Assembly (NCBI GenBank): GCA_965223845.1
Contig: CBDCXR010000004.1
Location: forward strand, 1,248,001 to 1,312,000
Origin: Planctomycetota bacterium
Lineage (GTDB): Bacteria; Planctomycetota; UBA8108; SXIK01
Length of the DNA: 64,000 bases
Reading direction: 5' to 3'
Part shown: positions 1-8,697 of the stretch, in pieces
Layout of the letters: the number at the start of each line of letters is the position of its first letter
How positions within the stretch are numbered: the stretch's first letter is position 1
Notes under the pieces: model-generated
Told to the model about the DNA's origin: nothing
Databases searched by the model: none
The model's input: the letters and a program-made list of their open reading frames with translations, nothing else
Made by a program: the position numbers and the translations under genes

Positions 1-191
1 GGCCGGACCCGCGTTCCCGCCGCCGTATCCGAATCCGGGTCCGGATCCGTCTGCGGATCGGCTGCCCTGTGGCGCTTCGGCAACGCCCTGACGAACGGCC
101 GGAGACCCCCAGCGACGGAGCGAGAAACGAACCGACGGAAGCGATGGAAAAGCAGCGCGAGAGCGTCCGTAGCGCGCTCGACTGCGGCCAT
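1..191 (-). CDS. Possible 5' end of a gene running off the window (MAAVERATDALALL...DPQTDPDPDSD...)
   Basis: ATG at 191 on the minus strand, frame open to position 1, divergent from the symporter gene. No recognisable family. Confidence 0.2.
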   Translation of the reverse strand, partial: MAAVERATDALALLFHRFRRFVSRSVAGGLRPFVRALPKRHRAADPQTDPDPDSDTAAGTRVR

Positions 192-207
192 CGGTTCCGT
201 CGGTTCG
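128..207. repeat. Long imperfect inverted repeat / hairpin
   Basis: CGAACCGACGGAAGCGATGG (128-147) matches the reverse complement of CCATCGGTTCCGTCGGTTCG (188-207) at 19/20 positions. The intervening loop can also pair (GCAG..CGAG / CTCG..CTGC). Confidence 0.7.
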
Positions 208-290
208 CGTTCTTCTCCTTGATCTCGGCGGAACACTTCGGGTTAGAATCTCCGCGCTCGTAGGGCGGCGTCACGAGAACGGAGGATCGG

Positions 291-1886
291 GTGCCGGGGA
301 ATTTCAGTCCGCTCGACTGGGCGATCGTCGGCGTCTACCTCATCGCCACGCTCGCCGTCGGGATCTTCGCCAATCGCTACATCCGGGGGATGAGCGAGTT
401 CATCGTCGCCGGGCGCTCGCTGAAATCGCGCCTCTCGATCGCGACGATGATCGGATCCGAGCTCGGCCTCGTCACCGTGATGTTCATGGCCGAGAAGGGC
501 TTTACGGGGGGCTTCTCCGCGTTTCATATCGGCGTCGCCGCCGGCGTCGTCGCCGTGCTCGTCGGTTGGAGTGGATTCATCGTCGTGCCGCTGCGCGAGC
601 TCGGTGTCATGACGATCCCCGAGTTCTACGAACGCCGATTCACTCGCGGGACGCGCATCGTCGGCGGAGTTCTCCTCGCAGCGGGCGGCATCCTCAACAT
701 GGGGATGTTCCTCAAGGCGGGCGCGGTGTTCGTTTCCGGGCTTACGGGGCTCGAGAATCCGCTCTACGTGAAGTGGATCATGACGTCACTGATCGTGCTC
801 GTTCTCGTCTACACCGTTCTCGGTGGAATGGTGTCGATCGTGATCACCGATTACATCCAGTTCGTCGTGCTCGCGTTCGGACTCGTCCTCACGTGCGTGT
901 TCGCACTCTCTCACACGGGGTGGGACTCGGTCGTGAGCGCCGTCGAGACCGTTCACGGAAGCGCGGGTTTCGATCCATTCGACGCGGATGTCTACGGCTG
1001 GCAGTACGTCGTGTGGATGGTGTTTCTCGGCCTCGTCTCGTGCGCGGTTTGGCAGACTGCGGTCCTCCGCGCGTGCGCCGCCGAAAGCACGGCGGTCGTC
1101 CGAAAGCTCTACGTTTGGTCGTCCGTCGGCTTTCTCGTCCGGTGTATCGTGCCGCAATTCCTCGGAATCTGCGCGCTCGCGTACTTCTGGTCGGATCCCG
1201 AGTGGAAGGCGATCTTCTTCGATGAGAGCGGCGCCATCGCGGGCGACGAGAAGCTTCGCGCCATGCCGGTCTTTCTCCGACAAGTGCTCCCCGTCGGAAT
1301 GATCGGCCTCGTGGCTGCAGGAATGCTCGCGGCGTTCATGTCGACCCACGACACGTATCTCCTCTGCTGGGCGACCGCGATCACCGAAGACGTGATCCAC
1401 CCGGCGACAGCGGGCGAGCTCTCGGTGCGCGGTCGCCTGCTGCTCACCCGAATTTTCGTCGTCGCGATCGCGGGATTCCTCCTCGTCTGGAGTCTCTGGT
1501 ACGAGCTCAAGAGCGATCTCTGGGACTACATGGCGGTAACGGGGGGAATCTATTTCACCGGCGCGTTCGTCGTCCTCACCGCTGGAATCTACTGGCGACG
1601 CGCGAGCACCGCCGGCGCCTACGGTGCCCTGCTCATCGGTAGCCTGATGGTGTTCGGCCTAAAGGATGTACAGGAGCTGGTCCGCGGATTCGTCCCAGCG
1701 ATGGAAGCGGGGACCCTCGCGGACTGGACCAGCGCTGGAATCCTCAGCGTGGATGCCGAGAGCGGGCTCCACTTCGTCCGGAGCGAGACGATCGGGCTCG
1801 GGACGATCGCGCTGGCCGCGCTCGCGATGATCGTGGGCTCGCTCGTCTTTCCCGGACGCGGCGCGCGCGCGGAGGGGGATCGATGA
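291..1886 (+). CDS. Sodium:solute symporter (SSS) family protein
   Basis: Many TM helices. N-terminal 'LDWAIVGVYL...EFIVAGRSL', 'YTVLGGMVSIVITDYIQF' and 'GMLAAFMST' SSS motifs. GGAGG RBS before GTG. Confidence 0.93.
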   Translation: MPGNFSPLDWAIVGVYLIATLAVGIFANRYIRGMSEFIVAGRSLKSRLSIATMIGSELGLVTVMFMAEKGFTGGFSAFHIGVAAGVVAVLVGWSGFIVVPLRELGVMTIPEFYERRFTRGTRIVGGVLLAAGGILNMGMFLKAGAVFVSGLTGLENPLYVKWIMTSLIVLVLVYTVLGGMVSIVITDYIQFVVLAFGLVLTCVFALSHTGWDSVVSAVETVHGSAGFDPFDADVYGWQYVVWMVFLGLVSCAVWQTAVLRACAAESTAVVRKLYVWSSVGFLVRCIVPQFLGICALAYFWSDPEWKAIFFDESGAIAGDEKLRAMPVFLRQVLPVGMIGLVAAGMLAAFMSTHDTYLLCWATAITEDVIHPATAGELSVRGRLLLTRIFVVAIAGFLLVWSLWYELKSDLWDYMAVTGGIYFTGAFVVLTAGIYWRRASTAGAYGALLIGSLMVFGLKDVQELVRGFVPAMEAGTLADWTSAGILSVDAESGLHFVRSETIGLGTIALAALAMIVGSLVFPGRGARAEGDR

Positions 1887-2032
1887 ACTGGCTCACGGTC
1901 TGGGTGATCGTTCTCGGCGGAGGGATCGCCGTCTTCGCCGGTCTCGCGGTCTACGTCGCGATCGGCGGCGCGAAGGACATTCGCTCGATGCTGAGGACGC
2001 TCGAACGGCGGGCGGAGGAAGATCGGCGCTGA
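1883..2032 (+). CDS. Small single-TM protein (49 aa, MNWLTVWVIVLGGGIAVFAGLAVYVAIGGAKDIRSMLRTLERRAEEDRR), probable symporter accessory subunit
   Basis: Not in the ORF track (<60 aa). ATGA overlap with the SSS stop codon, GGAGGGG RBS, hydrophobic helix followed by a charged tail. Confidence 0.75.
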   Translation: MNWLTVWVIVLGGGIAVFAGLAVYVAIGGAKDIRSMLRTLERRAEEDRR

Positions 2033-2081
2033 ACGAGACCGCGCGGCGGCTGCACGACGCCTCTCGCGCGCGATCGACGCG

Positions 2082-2996
2082 CTAAGCCCACCGCTTCTGC
2101 TGGGCACGTGCGATCAATTCGGAGAAGAGCCTCCGCTGCGCCCGGAGTGCGGCGACACGGTCGGCCGGTTTCCCCCGCGCTTCGAGGAGCACCCAGCCGT
2201 CGTAGTCGACCAGTGTCAACAGCTCGAAAAGCTGCGCGTACGGATAACGCTCGTCGTTCAGTTCGCGGACGTGCGCCGTCCGGCCGAAGCGGCGCGCGAC
2301 GAGGTGAAAGTTCGACCAAAGGCCCGCGCCGCCGAGATCCTGGGCGTTTGAGTTCCAGCAGACGGCGACGCGCGGGTGCGGCGCGAGATCGATGATTCTC
2401 CTGATCGTGGGAAGCTCTGCGCACTGACCGTGCACCTCGAGACGGATCTCTTGTCCCCACTCGTTCGCGTACTCGCCGAGCTCGTAGAGGCTGCTCGCGA
2501 TCTGTGCGATCGTCTGCTCGCGGGGAACGCCGTCGTGGAACCGATCCGGCTTCACTTTGACGCCCGATCCGCCGACGTCGTGGCTGAGTCGAACGAACTC
2601 TTTGGTCGCCTCGATCGCAGCTGCGACTCGCGCGGGATCCGGGTTGTCGTAGCGCTCGTTGCTGCCGATGCCGACGAGCTCGACCGGACTATCGGCGAAG
2701 CGCTTCTTGACGTCGGCACGCTGCGCGGCGCTCAGCGTCGGCTCGACGCCGTGCGCGTGCGTCGTGCGGAGCTCGACGCCGAGGACGCCGGAGCTCGCAC
2801 AGTTCGCGATCAAGTTCGGCAACTGCCAGTCTTGGCCCCACAGATAGGTCACGAGGCCGAAGCGCATCTTCTCGCCGGGCCGGTGAGTCGCTGCGGGCAA
2901 GCTGCGCGCGGCCGAGGGAACGAGGATCGCGCCCGCGGCGCGGCCGAGGCTGCGACGGAGCGCTTCCCTTCGAGTCAGCTTTGCGGTCGAATCCAT
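2082..2996 (-). CDS. Sugar phosphate isomerase/epimerase family (xylose-isomerase-like TIM barrel), Tat-type signal
   Basis: 'LTRREAL' twin-arginine motif; 'GVELRTTHAHGVEP', 'IRLEVHG' and 'GWVLLEA' metal-site motifs. Start refined to MDSTAK. Confidence 0.85.
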   Translation of the reverse strand: MDSTAKLTRREALRRSLGRAAGAILVPSAARSLPAATHRPGEKMRFGLVTYLWGQDWQLPNLIANCASSGVLGVELRTTHAHGVEPTLSAAQRADVKKRFADSPVELVGIGSNERYDNPDPARVAAAIEATKEFVRLSHDVGGSGVKVKPDRFHDGVPREQTIAQIASSLYELGEYANEWGQEIRLEVHGQCAELPTIRRIIDLAPHPRVAVCWNSNAQDLGGAGLWSNFHLVARRFGRTAHVRELNDERYPYAQLFELLTLVDYDGWVLLEARGKPADRVAALRAQRRLFSELIARAQQKRWA

Positions 2997-3112
2997 CGCG
3001 ATGGCCTTTCGATGTCGGTGAGTCGAGTCGAGTGCTTCGATTCTATCCGCTCCTCGGCCCGGCTTGGACCCGTCCTCGTCCCGCGCAGTCCGTTCGAATC
3101 TCGACTCGCGCG

Positions 3113-3940
3113 TCAGTCGAGGAAGAAATCGGCCATGAGATCGTCGCATCCCGGCGTAACGGAGTAGCGGGAAAAGTCGCTCTCACCCGCCTCGCGGAGG
3201 ACGTCCTCATCGACGAAGAAATTCCCTGTCGCCGTGCGCGGGTCGCGGGTGAGGACTTCGTACGCGGCGTCCGCCATGATCTCCGGCGTCCGACATCTCG
3301 CGGCGGCGCTTTCGCCTCCGAGGAGATTGATCACGGCGGCCGTCGCGATCGCGGTCTTCGGCCAGAGACAATTGACACCGATTCCGAGCTCGCGAAATTC
3401 CTCGGCCATTCCGAGCGCGCACAGGCTCATGCCGTACTTGCTGATCGTGTAGGCCACGTGCGGCGCGAACCACTTCGGCGCGAGATGGAGGGGCGGCGAG
3501 ATGTTGAGCACGTGAGGGGACGCGGACGAGCGGAGGTAGGGGAGACAGGCCTGCGTTGTCAAGAACGTCCCGCGGGCGTTCACCTGATGCATCAAGTCGA
3601 AGCGCTTGACGGGCGTCTCCGCCGTACCGGCGAGAAAGATCGCGCTCGCGTTGTTGACGAGGATGTCGATTCCCCCGAACGTTTCGGCGGCCCTCTCCAC
3701 GGCGGCGGTGATTTGCGCGGCGTCGCGGATATCGGTTGCGACCGCGAGAGCTCGTCCCCCGGTCGCTTCGATCTCTTCTGCTGCGGTGTGAATCGTGCCC
3801 GGCAGCTTCGGGTGGGCGCGCTCGGTCTTAGCCGCGACGACGATGTTTGCGCCGTCGACAGCGGCGCGAAGAGCGATCGCCTTCCCGATTCCTCGACTCG
3901 CGCCAGTGATGAAGACGGTCTTTCCACGGAGGTCAGCCAC
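3113..3940 (-). CDS. Short-chain dehydrogenase/reductase (HSDL2-like)
   Basis: TGASRGIG, NNASAI, YTISK catalytic motif, 'HPKLPGTIHTAAEEIE' typical of HSDL2-like SDRs. Confidence 0.92.
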   Translation of the reverse strand: MADLRGKTVFITGASRGIGKAIALRAAVDGANIVVAAKTERAHPKLPGTIHTAAEEIEATGGRALAVATDIRDAAQITAAVERAAETFGGIDILVNNASAIFLAGTAETPVKRFDLMHQVNARGTFLTTQACLPYLRSSASPHVLNISPPLHLAPKWFAPHVAYTISKYGMSLCALGMAEEFRELGIGVNCLWPKTAIATAAVINLLGGESAAARCRTPEIMADAAYEVLTRDPRTATGNFFVDEDVLREAGESDFSRYSVTPGCDDLMADFFLD

Positions 3941-4175
3941 GATGATCCTCGCTACTTGCGGGTAAGTTCGGTCGAATCCGTCGAGCCTGGACGCGCTGTA
4001 CCGGTGATGGCCCGTCTGCTATGATCGGCCGGCTCGTCGACCGACCGGAAAGTCGTGCCGCTCGGCGCCGCGACGATCCTATCACGATCCGCTCCGTCTC
4101 GAAGCGATGGCGCCGAAACGAGTCGATCCTCCGTGACAGAGTCGCGGGACACATCACTCCAGCGAAGGATTCATC

Positions 4176-5126
4176 GTGCGAATCTGCCGAATCGCCGCCG
4201 ACGCCGAGGATGAGCTCGGGTTTTGTTTCGATCACGGTGTCGTTCCGTGGCGGAACGTCTTCGCTCGCGACGATACCCCGCGTGGGCTTGCCGCCTCGCT
4301 GAGATCGGCGAGTGTACTGGATTGCCTCCCGCCGGACGGACAAGCCTTCGCTCGCGCGCGCGAGCTTGCAGATTGGCTCGACGCGCGACCGGAGATTGCC
4401 ACCGCGTTGACGCTGCCGCTTTCAGCCGTGCGGCTTCGCCGTCCGATCGAGCGCCCGCCGAAGCTCTTTCTTCTCGCCGGCAACTACGCCGCGCACGTCG
4501 AGGAGGGGGGCGACCTCGCCGTCGAGCGACGCGAAACTTTTCCCTACGTTTTCATGAAGCCGTCGACGGCGCTCGCCGATCCCGGCGCGGAGTTTCGCTT
4601 GCCCGATTGCTCGCCTCGGCATCTCGACTGGGAGCTCGAGCTCGGCGTGATCATCGGGCGAAGGATTCGCGGGGTCTCCGAGTCGGAAGCGCTCGCCGCG
4701 ATCGCCGGGTACACCGTCGTCAACGATCTCTCCGACCGCCGCTTCCATCCGAACTCGGATCGAGTCGAACGTCCGCGCGACGGATTCTTCGATTGGCTCC
4801 ACGGCAAATGGCACGATGGCTCCTGTCCGATGGGACCTTGCGTCCTCTCGGCTGACGCCGTCGAGGACCCGCAGCAGTTTCCGCTTCGCCTCACGGTGAA
4901 CGGCGACGTGAAGCAGGATGCCTCGACCGCCCAGCAAGTGTTTCCGGTGGCGGCGGTGGTGGCGTTCGTCGCGAGTTTCGTTACGCTGGAGCCCGGCGAC
5001 GTGATCTCGACCGGGACTCCGGCGGGCGTTGGAAACACGTCGGGGACGTTCCTCCGAGCCGGAGACCGCATCGCGGCGACGATCGAAGGGATTGGGACCT
5101 TGGAAACGCGCGTCGTCGATGCTTGA
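4176..5126 (+). CDS. Fumarylacetoacetate hydrolase family protein
   Basis: 'GNYAAH', 'FMKP', 'DWELELGVIIG', 'VVNDLSDR', 'LEPGDVISTGTPAGVG'. Confidence 0.93.
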   Translation: MRICRIAADAEDELGFCFDHGVVPWRNVFARDDTPRGLAASLRSASVLDCLPPDGQAFARARELADWLDARPEIATALTLPLSAVRLRRPIERPPKLFLLAGNYAAHVEEGGDLAVERRETFPYVFMKPSTALADPGAEFRLPDCSPRHLDWELELGVIIGRRIRGVSESEALAAIAGYTVVNDLSDRRFHPNSDRVERPRDGFFDWLHGKWHDGSCPMGPCVLSADAVEDPQQFPLRLTVNGDVKQDASTAQQVFPVAAVVAFVASFVTLEPGDVISTGTPAGVGNTSGTFLRAGDRIAATIEGIGTLETRVVDA

Positions 5127-5230
5127 ACCGCGTCGCCGGAAGCCTTCGCCCGGCCACCGAGTCTCGAGCGGCTCGAGACCGGGTCGACTCAGCAACCGAA
5201 CCCGAAGAGAGTGAGGCCGAACCGCCGATC

Positions 5231-5749
5231 ATGCTCAGCACCAACATGCAGAACGCGCTGAACGCGCAAATGAATGCAGAGTTCTATTCCTCCTATCTTT
5301 ACCTCGCGATGGCGGCGAACTTCGAAGTCGCCGACCTCCCCGGGATGGCGAGCTGGATGACCCTCCAGGCGGACGAGGAAGCGATGCATGCAAAGAAGTT
5401 CTATCGCTATCTTCTCGACCGCGACGGGCGAGTTCACCTCGGGGCGATCGATGCACCGAAGGAGAGCTGGAGCTCTCCCCTCGACGTGTTCGAAAATGCG
5501 CTCGCCCACGAGCGACACGTGAGCCAAAGCATCAACGCGCTCGTGGATCTGGCTCTCAAGGAGCAGGATCACGCGACGAACAACTTCCTTCAGTGGTTCG
5601 TCGCCGAGCAGGTCGAGGAAGAAGCGACGGTTCGCGACGTCTGCAGCCGACTCAAGCTCGTCGGCGACGACGGCCGCGGTCTCTTTCTCATCGATCAGGA
5701 GCTCGCCGGCCGAAAGCCGGCGCCGTCCCCTGCCGATTCCGCGGAGTGA
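5231..5749 (+). CDS. ftnA: Non-heme ferritin
   Basis: 'LNAQMNAEFYSSYLYLAM', 'EEAMHA', 'HERHVSQSIN' and 'FLQWFVAEQVEEE' ferroxidase-centre motifs. Start refined to MLSTNMQ. Confidence 0.92.
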   Translation: MLSTNMQNALNAQMNAEFYSSYLYLAMAANFEVADLPGMASWMTLQADEEAMHAKKFYRYLLDRDGRVHLGAIDAPKESWSSPLDVFENALAHERHVSQSINALVDLALKEQDHATNNFLQWFVAEQVEEEATVRDVCSRLKLVGDDGRGLFLIDQELAGRKPAPSPADSAE

Positions 5750-5799
5750 GCTCGCGCGGTCGAGCGTTCGGCGACCCAGCTACTCGAGGAAGTGCAACT

Positions 5800-7221
5800 G
5801 TGACGAAACCGCGACTACCGACTCTCTTCGCTCTCGCCCTCGTGTTCGCGGCGTCTCTCTCTTCTGCTCACGCGAAGAACGTCGTCCTCGTCGTGACCGA
5901 CGACCAGGGGCAGGACGCGGGATGCTACGGCAATTCGGTGATCAAGACCCCTCACCTCGACGCACTCGCGGCCGATGCGACGCGATTTCGCTACGCGTTC
6001 GCCACCACGGCGAGCTGCAGCGCGAGTCGGTCGGTGATTCTGAGCGGGCTCTTCAATCACCGCACCGCGCAGTTCGGCCACCAGCACAGCTACCATCACT
6101 TTCGCACGTACGAGAATCTCGCTACGCTTCCGGCGCTTCTCGCTCGCGGTGGTTACCGCACGGCACGGATCGGAAAGTTTCACGTCGGACCGGAGGAGGT
6201 GTACCCGTTCGATGTAAAGCTTCCCGGCAACGCGCGGAGTCCGGTCGCGATGGCGAAGGCTTGTCGCGAGTTCGTCTCGGCTCCGTCGGAAAAGCCGTTC
6301 TTTCTCTTCTTCTGCACATCCGATCCCCACCGGGGCGGCGGGCGGGCCAACGAGCTTCCCGAGGCGCCGGACCGATTCGGCAACAAGCGGGCCGGGCAGT
6401 CGTACCCCGGCGTCGAGGAAGTCATCTACTCGCCGAAGGACGTGATCGTCCCCCCGTTCCTCCCGGACACGCCGGCGTGCCGTGCCGAGCTTGCGCAGTA
6501 CTATCAATCGGTCTCGCGCATCGATCAGGGACTCGGAGCCCTCGTGGACATCCTGAAGCGAGCCGGAGTGTGGGATTCGACTCTTTTTCTCTACATCTCC
6601 GACCACGGCATCGCGTTCCCCGGGGCGAAGACGACCGTCTACGAACCCGGTCTTCGCTCGCCGTGCATCGTCCGCAGTCCTCGCGAATCGAAGCGCGGCG
6701 TCGTCTCGAACGCGATGGTGAGCTGGGTCGATCTCGCCCCGACCATACTTGAGTTCGGTGGGATCCCGGGTCCGGCCCGCCCTGCATTTCACGGGCGATC
6801 ATTTCTCGGCGTTCTCGGCGAGGCGAATCCGAGCGGCTGGGATGAGATTTACGCCTCGCACACGTTTCACGAGATCACGATGTACTATCCGATGCGCGTG
6901 GTGCGTGGACGGCGGTACAAGTTGATCTGGAACATCGCCCATCCGCTTCCCTATCCGTTCGCCTCTGATCTCTGGGCGGCTCCGACGTGGCAGGAGCGTT
7001 ACCAGAAGGGGCCGAAGACGCTCTACGGGAAGCGAACGGTGGAGAGTTACATCCACCGGCCGGCATTCGAGCTCTACGACCTCGAGAGCGATCCCGACGA
7101 GGTGAAGAATCTCGCCGGCGACGAGAAGCACGCGAAACGACTGAAAGAGCTCCAAGCGAAGCTCCGCGCGTTTCAAAAGCGCACCGAAGATCCCTGGGCG
7201 CTCAAGTGGCGATACGAGTGA
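5800..7221 (+). CDS. Secreted sulfatase (N-sulfoglucosamine sulfohydrolase-like)
   Basis: Signal peptide; 'NVVLVVTDD', 'SCSASRSVILSG' formylglycine motif, 'GYRTARIGKFH', 'SDHG', 'ELYDLESDPDE'. GTG start after GAGG. Confidence 0.92.
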   Translation: MTKPRLPTLFALALVFAASLSSAHAKNVVLVVTDDQGQDAGCYGNSVIKTPHLDALAADATRFRYAFATTASCSASRSVILSGLFNHRTAQFGHQHSYHHFRTYENLATLPALLARGGYRTARIGKFHVGPEEVYPFDVKLPGNARSPVAMAKACREFVSAPSEKPFFLFFCTSDPHRGGGRANELPEAPDRFGNKRAGQSYPGVEEVIYSPKDVIVPPFLPDTPACRAELAQYYQSVSRIDQGLGALVDILKRAGVWDSTLFLYISDHGIAFPGAKTTVYEPGLRSPCIVRSPRESKRGVVSNAMVSWVDLAPTILEFGGIPGPARPAFHGRSFLGVLGEANPSGWDEIYASHTFHEITMYYPMRVVRGRRYKLIWNIAHPLPYPFASDLWAAPTWQERYQKGPKTLYGKRTVESYIHRPAFELYDLESDPDEVKNLAGDEKHAKRLKELQAKLRAFQKRTEDPWALKWRYE

Positions 7222-7251
7222 GCGGGTCTCACTTCTTCGTTCGAGCGCGCC

Positions 7252-8697
7252 CTAGCGGACGCTAGCCCACGCTCGTCGGATGGCGGCGATTGCCTCGTCG
7301 ACGCGCTCTCTTCCGGTGCGCAGGTGGAGCACGCAGATCCGCACGTAAAAGCGTCCTGCGATCGTCGTTCCCGTGATGTACGCCTTGCGTTCGTTTTGCA
7401 CGTGCTCGAGCACCGCGCGGTTCAAACGGTCGAGCTCGTCCTCGCTCGCGCCGGGCCAAACCTTGCGGAACGCGAACAGAGAGAGCTCGAGAGGGGCAGC
7501 GAACTGGATTCCAGGTTCTGTGGAGATTTCGCGGTACGCGTACTCCGCGAGGCTGTGCTTCTCGCGCAGAGCGTTTCGGAACGCCCGCACTCCGTGCAGC
7601 TTGAGCGGAAGCCAGAGGCGGAGCCCTCGCCACGCACGCGAAAGCTCGAAGGTGACCTCGCAGAAGTCGATGTGGTCGATCTCTTCGACGAAGTCGGGAA
7701 GGTACGGCGCCGAGCTTGCGAACGCGGCTCCAAAGGGAGCGAGATCGCGAACGAGAAGCGCACCCGTCCCGTAGGCGAGGAACATGCCCTTGTGCGGATC
7801 GATGGCGACCGAATCCGCTCGCTCCATGCCTCGGAGGCGATCGCGCAGCTCGGGGACGAGAGCGAACATCCCACCGTACGCGCCGTCTACGTGGAACCAG
7901 AGGCCTTCCGCGGCCGCGACGTCGGCGATCGCATCGAGCGGATCGATCGTTCCGGTGTTGACCGTTCCCGCGCTGCCGCAAACGAAGAACGGCGTGTACC
8001 CGGCGTCTCGATCCGCGCTGATCGCGCGTTCGAGAGCGGCGACATCGAGGCGGAGCTCGGCGTCGACGGGAATCGTGCGCCAGTTCTCTTCGGGGATGCC
8101 GGCGGTTTTTGCCGCCTTCGTCACCGAGTGATGAATTTCGCCCGAAAGGTAGATCGTTCCGCTCGCCGCGACCGTGCCGACCGAGCGTTCGCGTGCCGCG
8201 ACGAGGGCGAGGAGATTCGACATCGAACCGCCGGTAGTGAGAACTCCGAGCGTTCCGGTCGGGAACCCGAGTATCTCGGCGAGCCACCGCACGGTCTCGG
8301 TTTCGAGAGCGACGGCTCCGGGCGCAGCGACCCACACCCCGGCGTAGCGGTTCACGACGGATGCGATGAACTCGGCGAGCGCTGCGGTGTAGAGACCGCC
8401 TCCCGGTATGTAGGCCAGGTAGCCGGGACCTGCGGTGTTGAACGCGCAGGGAACGATTCGCTCGAAGATGAGGTCGAGAAGCGGCGTGATGTCCGTTCCG
8501 TGTTCCGGAGGGGCTTCGTGCACCCAGCTCGCAGCATCGGAACGCTCGTGCGTGTCCCAGGACGGTTGCGACTGAATCGTCGCGAGGAACTCGTGCAGCC
8601 GCTCGCGCGCCGCGTCGAGTAGCGCGTCGCGCTCGTCGGGAGACGGATCGAGAGGAAGACCGCGCACGTCGTTTGGAGTTCGAGAGTCGGCGTTCAT
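7252..8697 (-). CDS. PLP-dependent group II (aromatic-L-amino-acid-type) decarboxylase
   Basis: 'TTGGSMSN', 'HHSVTKA', 'GTVNTGTIDPL', 'HVDGAYGG', 'DPHK' PLP lysine. Confidence 0.92.
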   Translation of the reverse strand: MNADSRTPNDVRGLPLDPSPDERDALLDAARERLHEFLATIQSQPSWDTHERSDAASWVHEAPPEHGTDITPLLDLIFERIVPCAFNTAGPGYLAYIPGGGLYTAALAEFIASVVNRYAGVWVAAPGAVALETETVRWLAEILGFPTGTLGVLTTGGSMSNLLALVAARERSVGTVAASGTIYLSGEIHHSVTKAAKTAGIPEENWRTIPVDAELRLDVAALERAISADRDAGYTPFFVCGSAGTVNTGTIDPLDAIADVAAAEGLWFHVDGAYGGMFALVPELRDRLRGMERADSVAIDPHKGMFLAYGTGALLVRDLAPFGAAFASSAPYLPDFVEEIDHIDFCEVTFELSRAWRGLRLWLPLKLHGVRAFRNALREKHSLAEYAYREISTEPGIQFAAPLELSLFAFRKVWPGASEDELDRLNRAVLEHVQNERKAYITGTTIAGRFYVRICVLHLRTGRERVDEAIAAIRRAWASVR

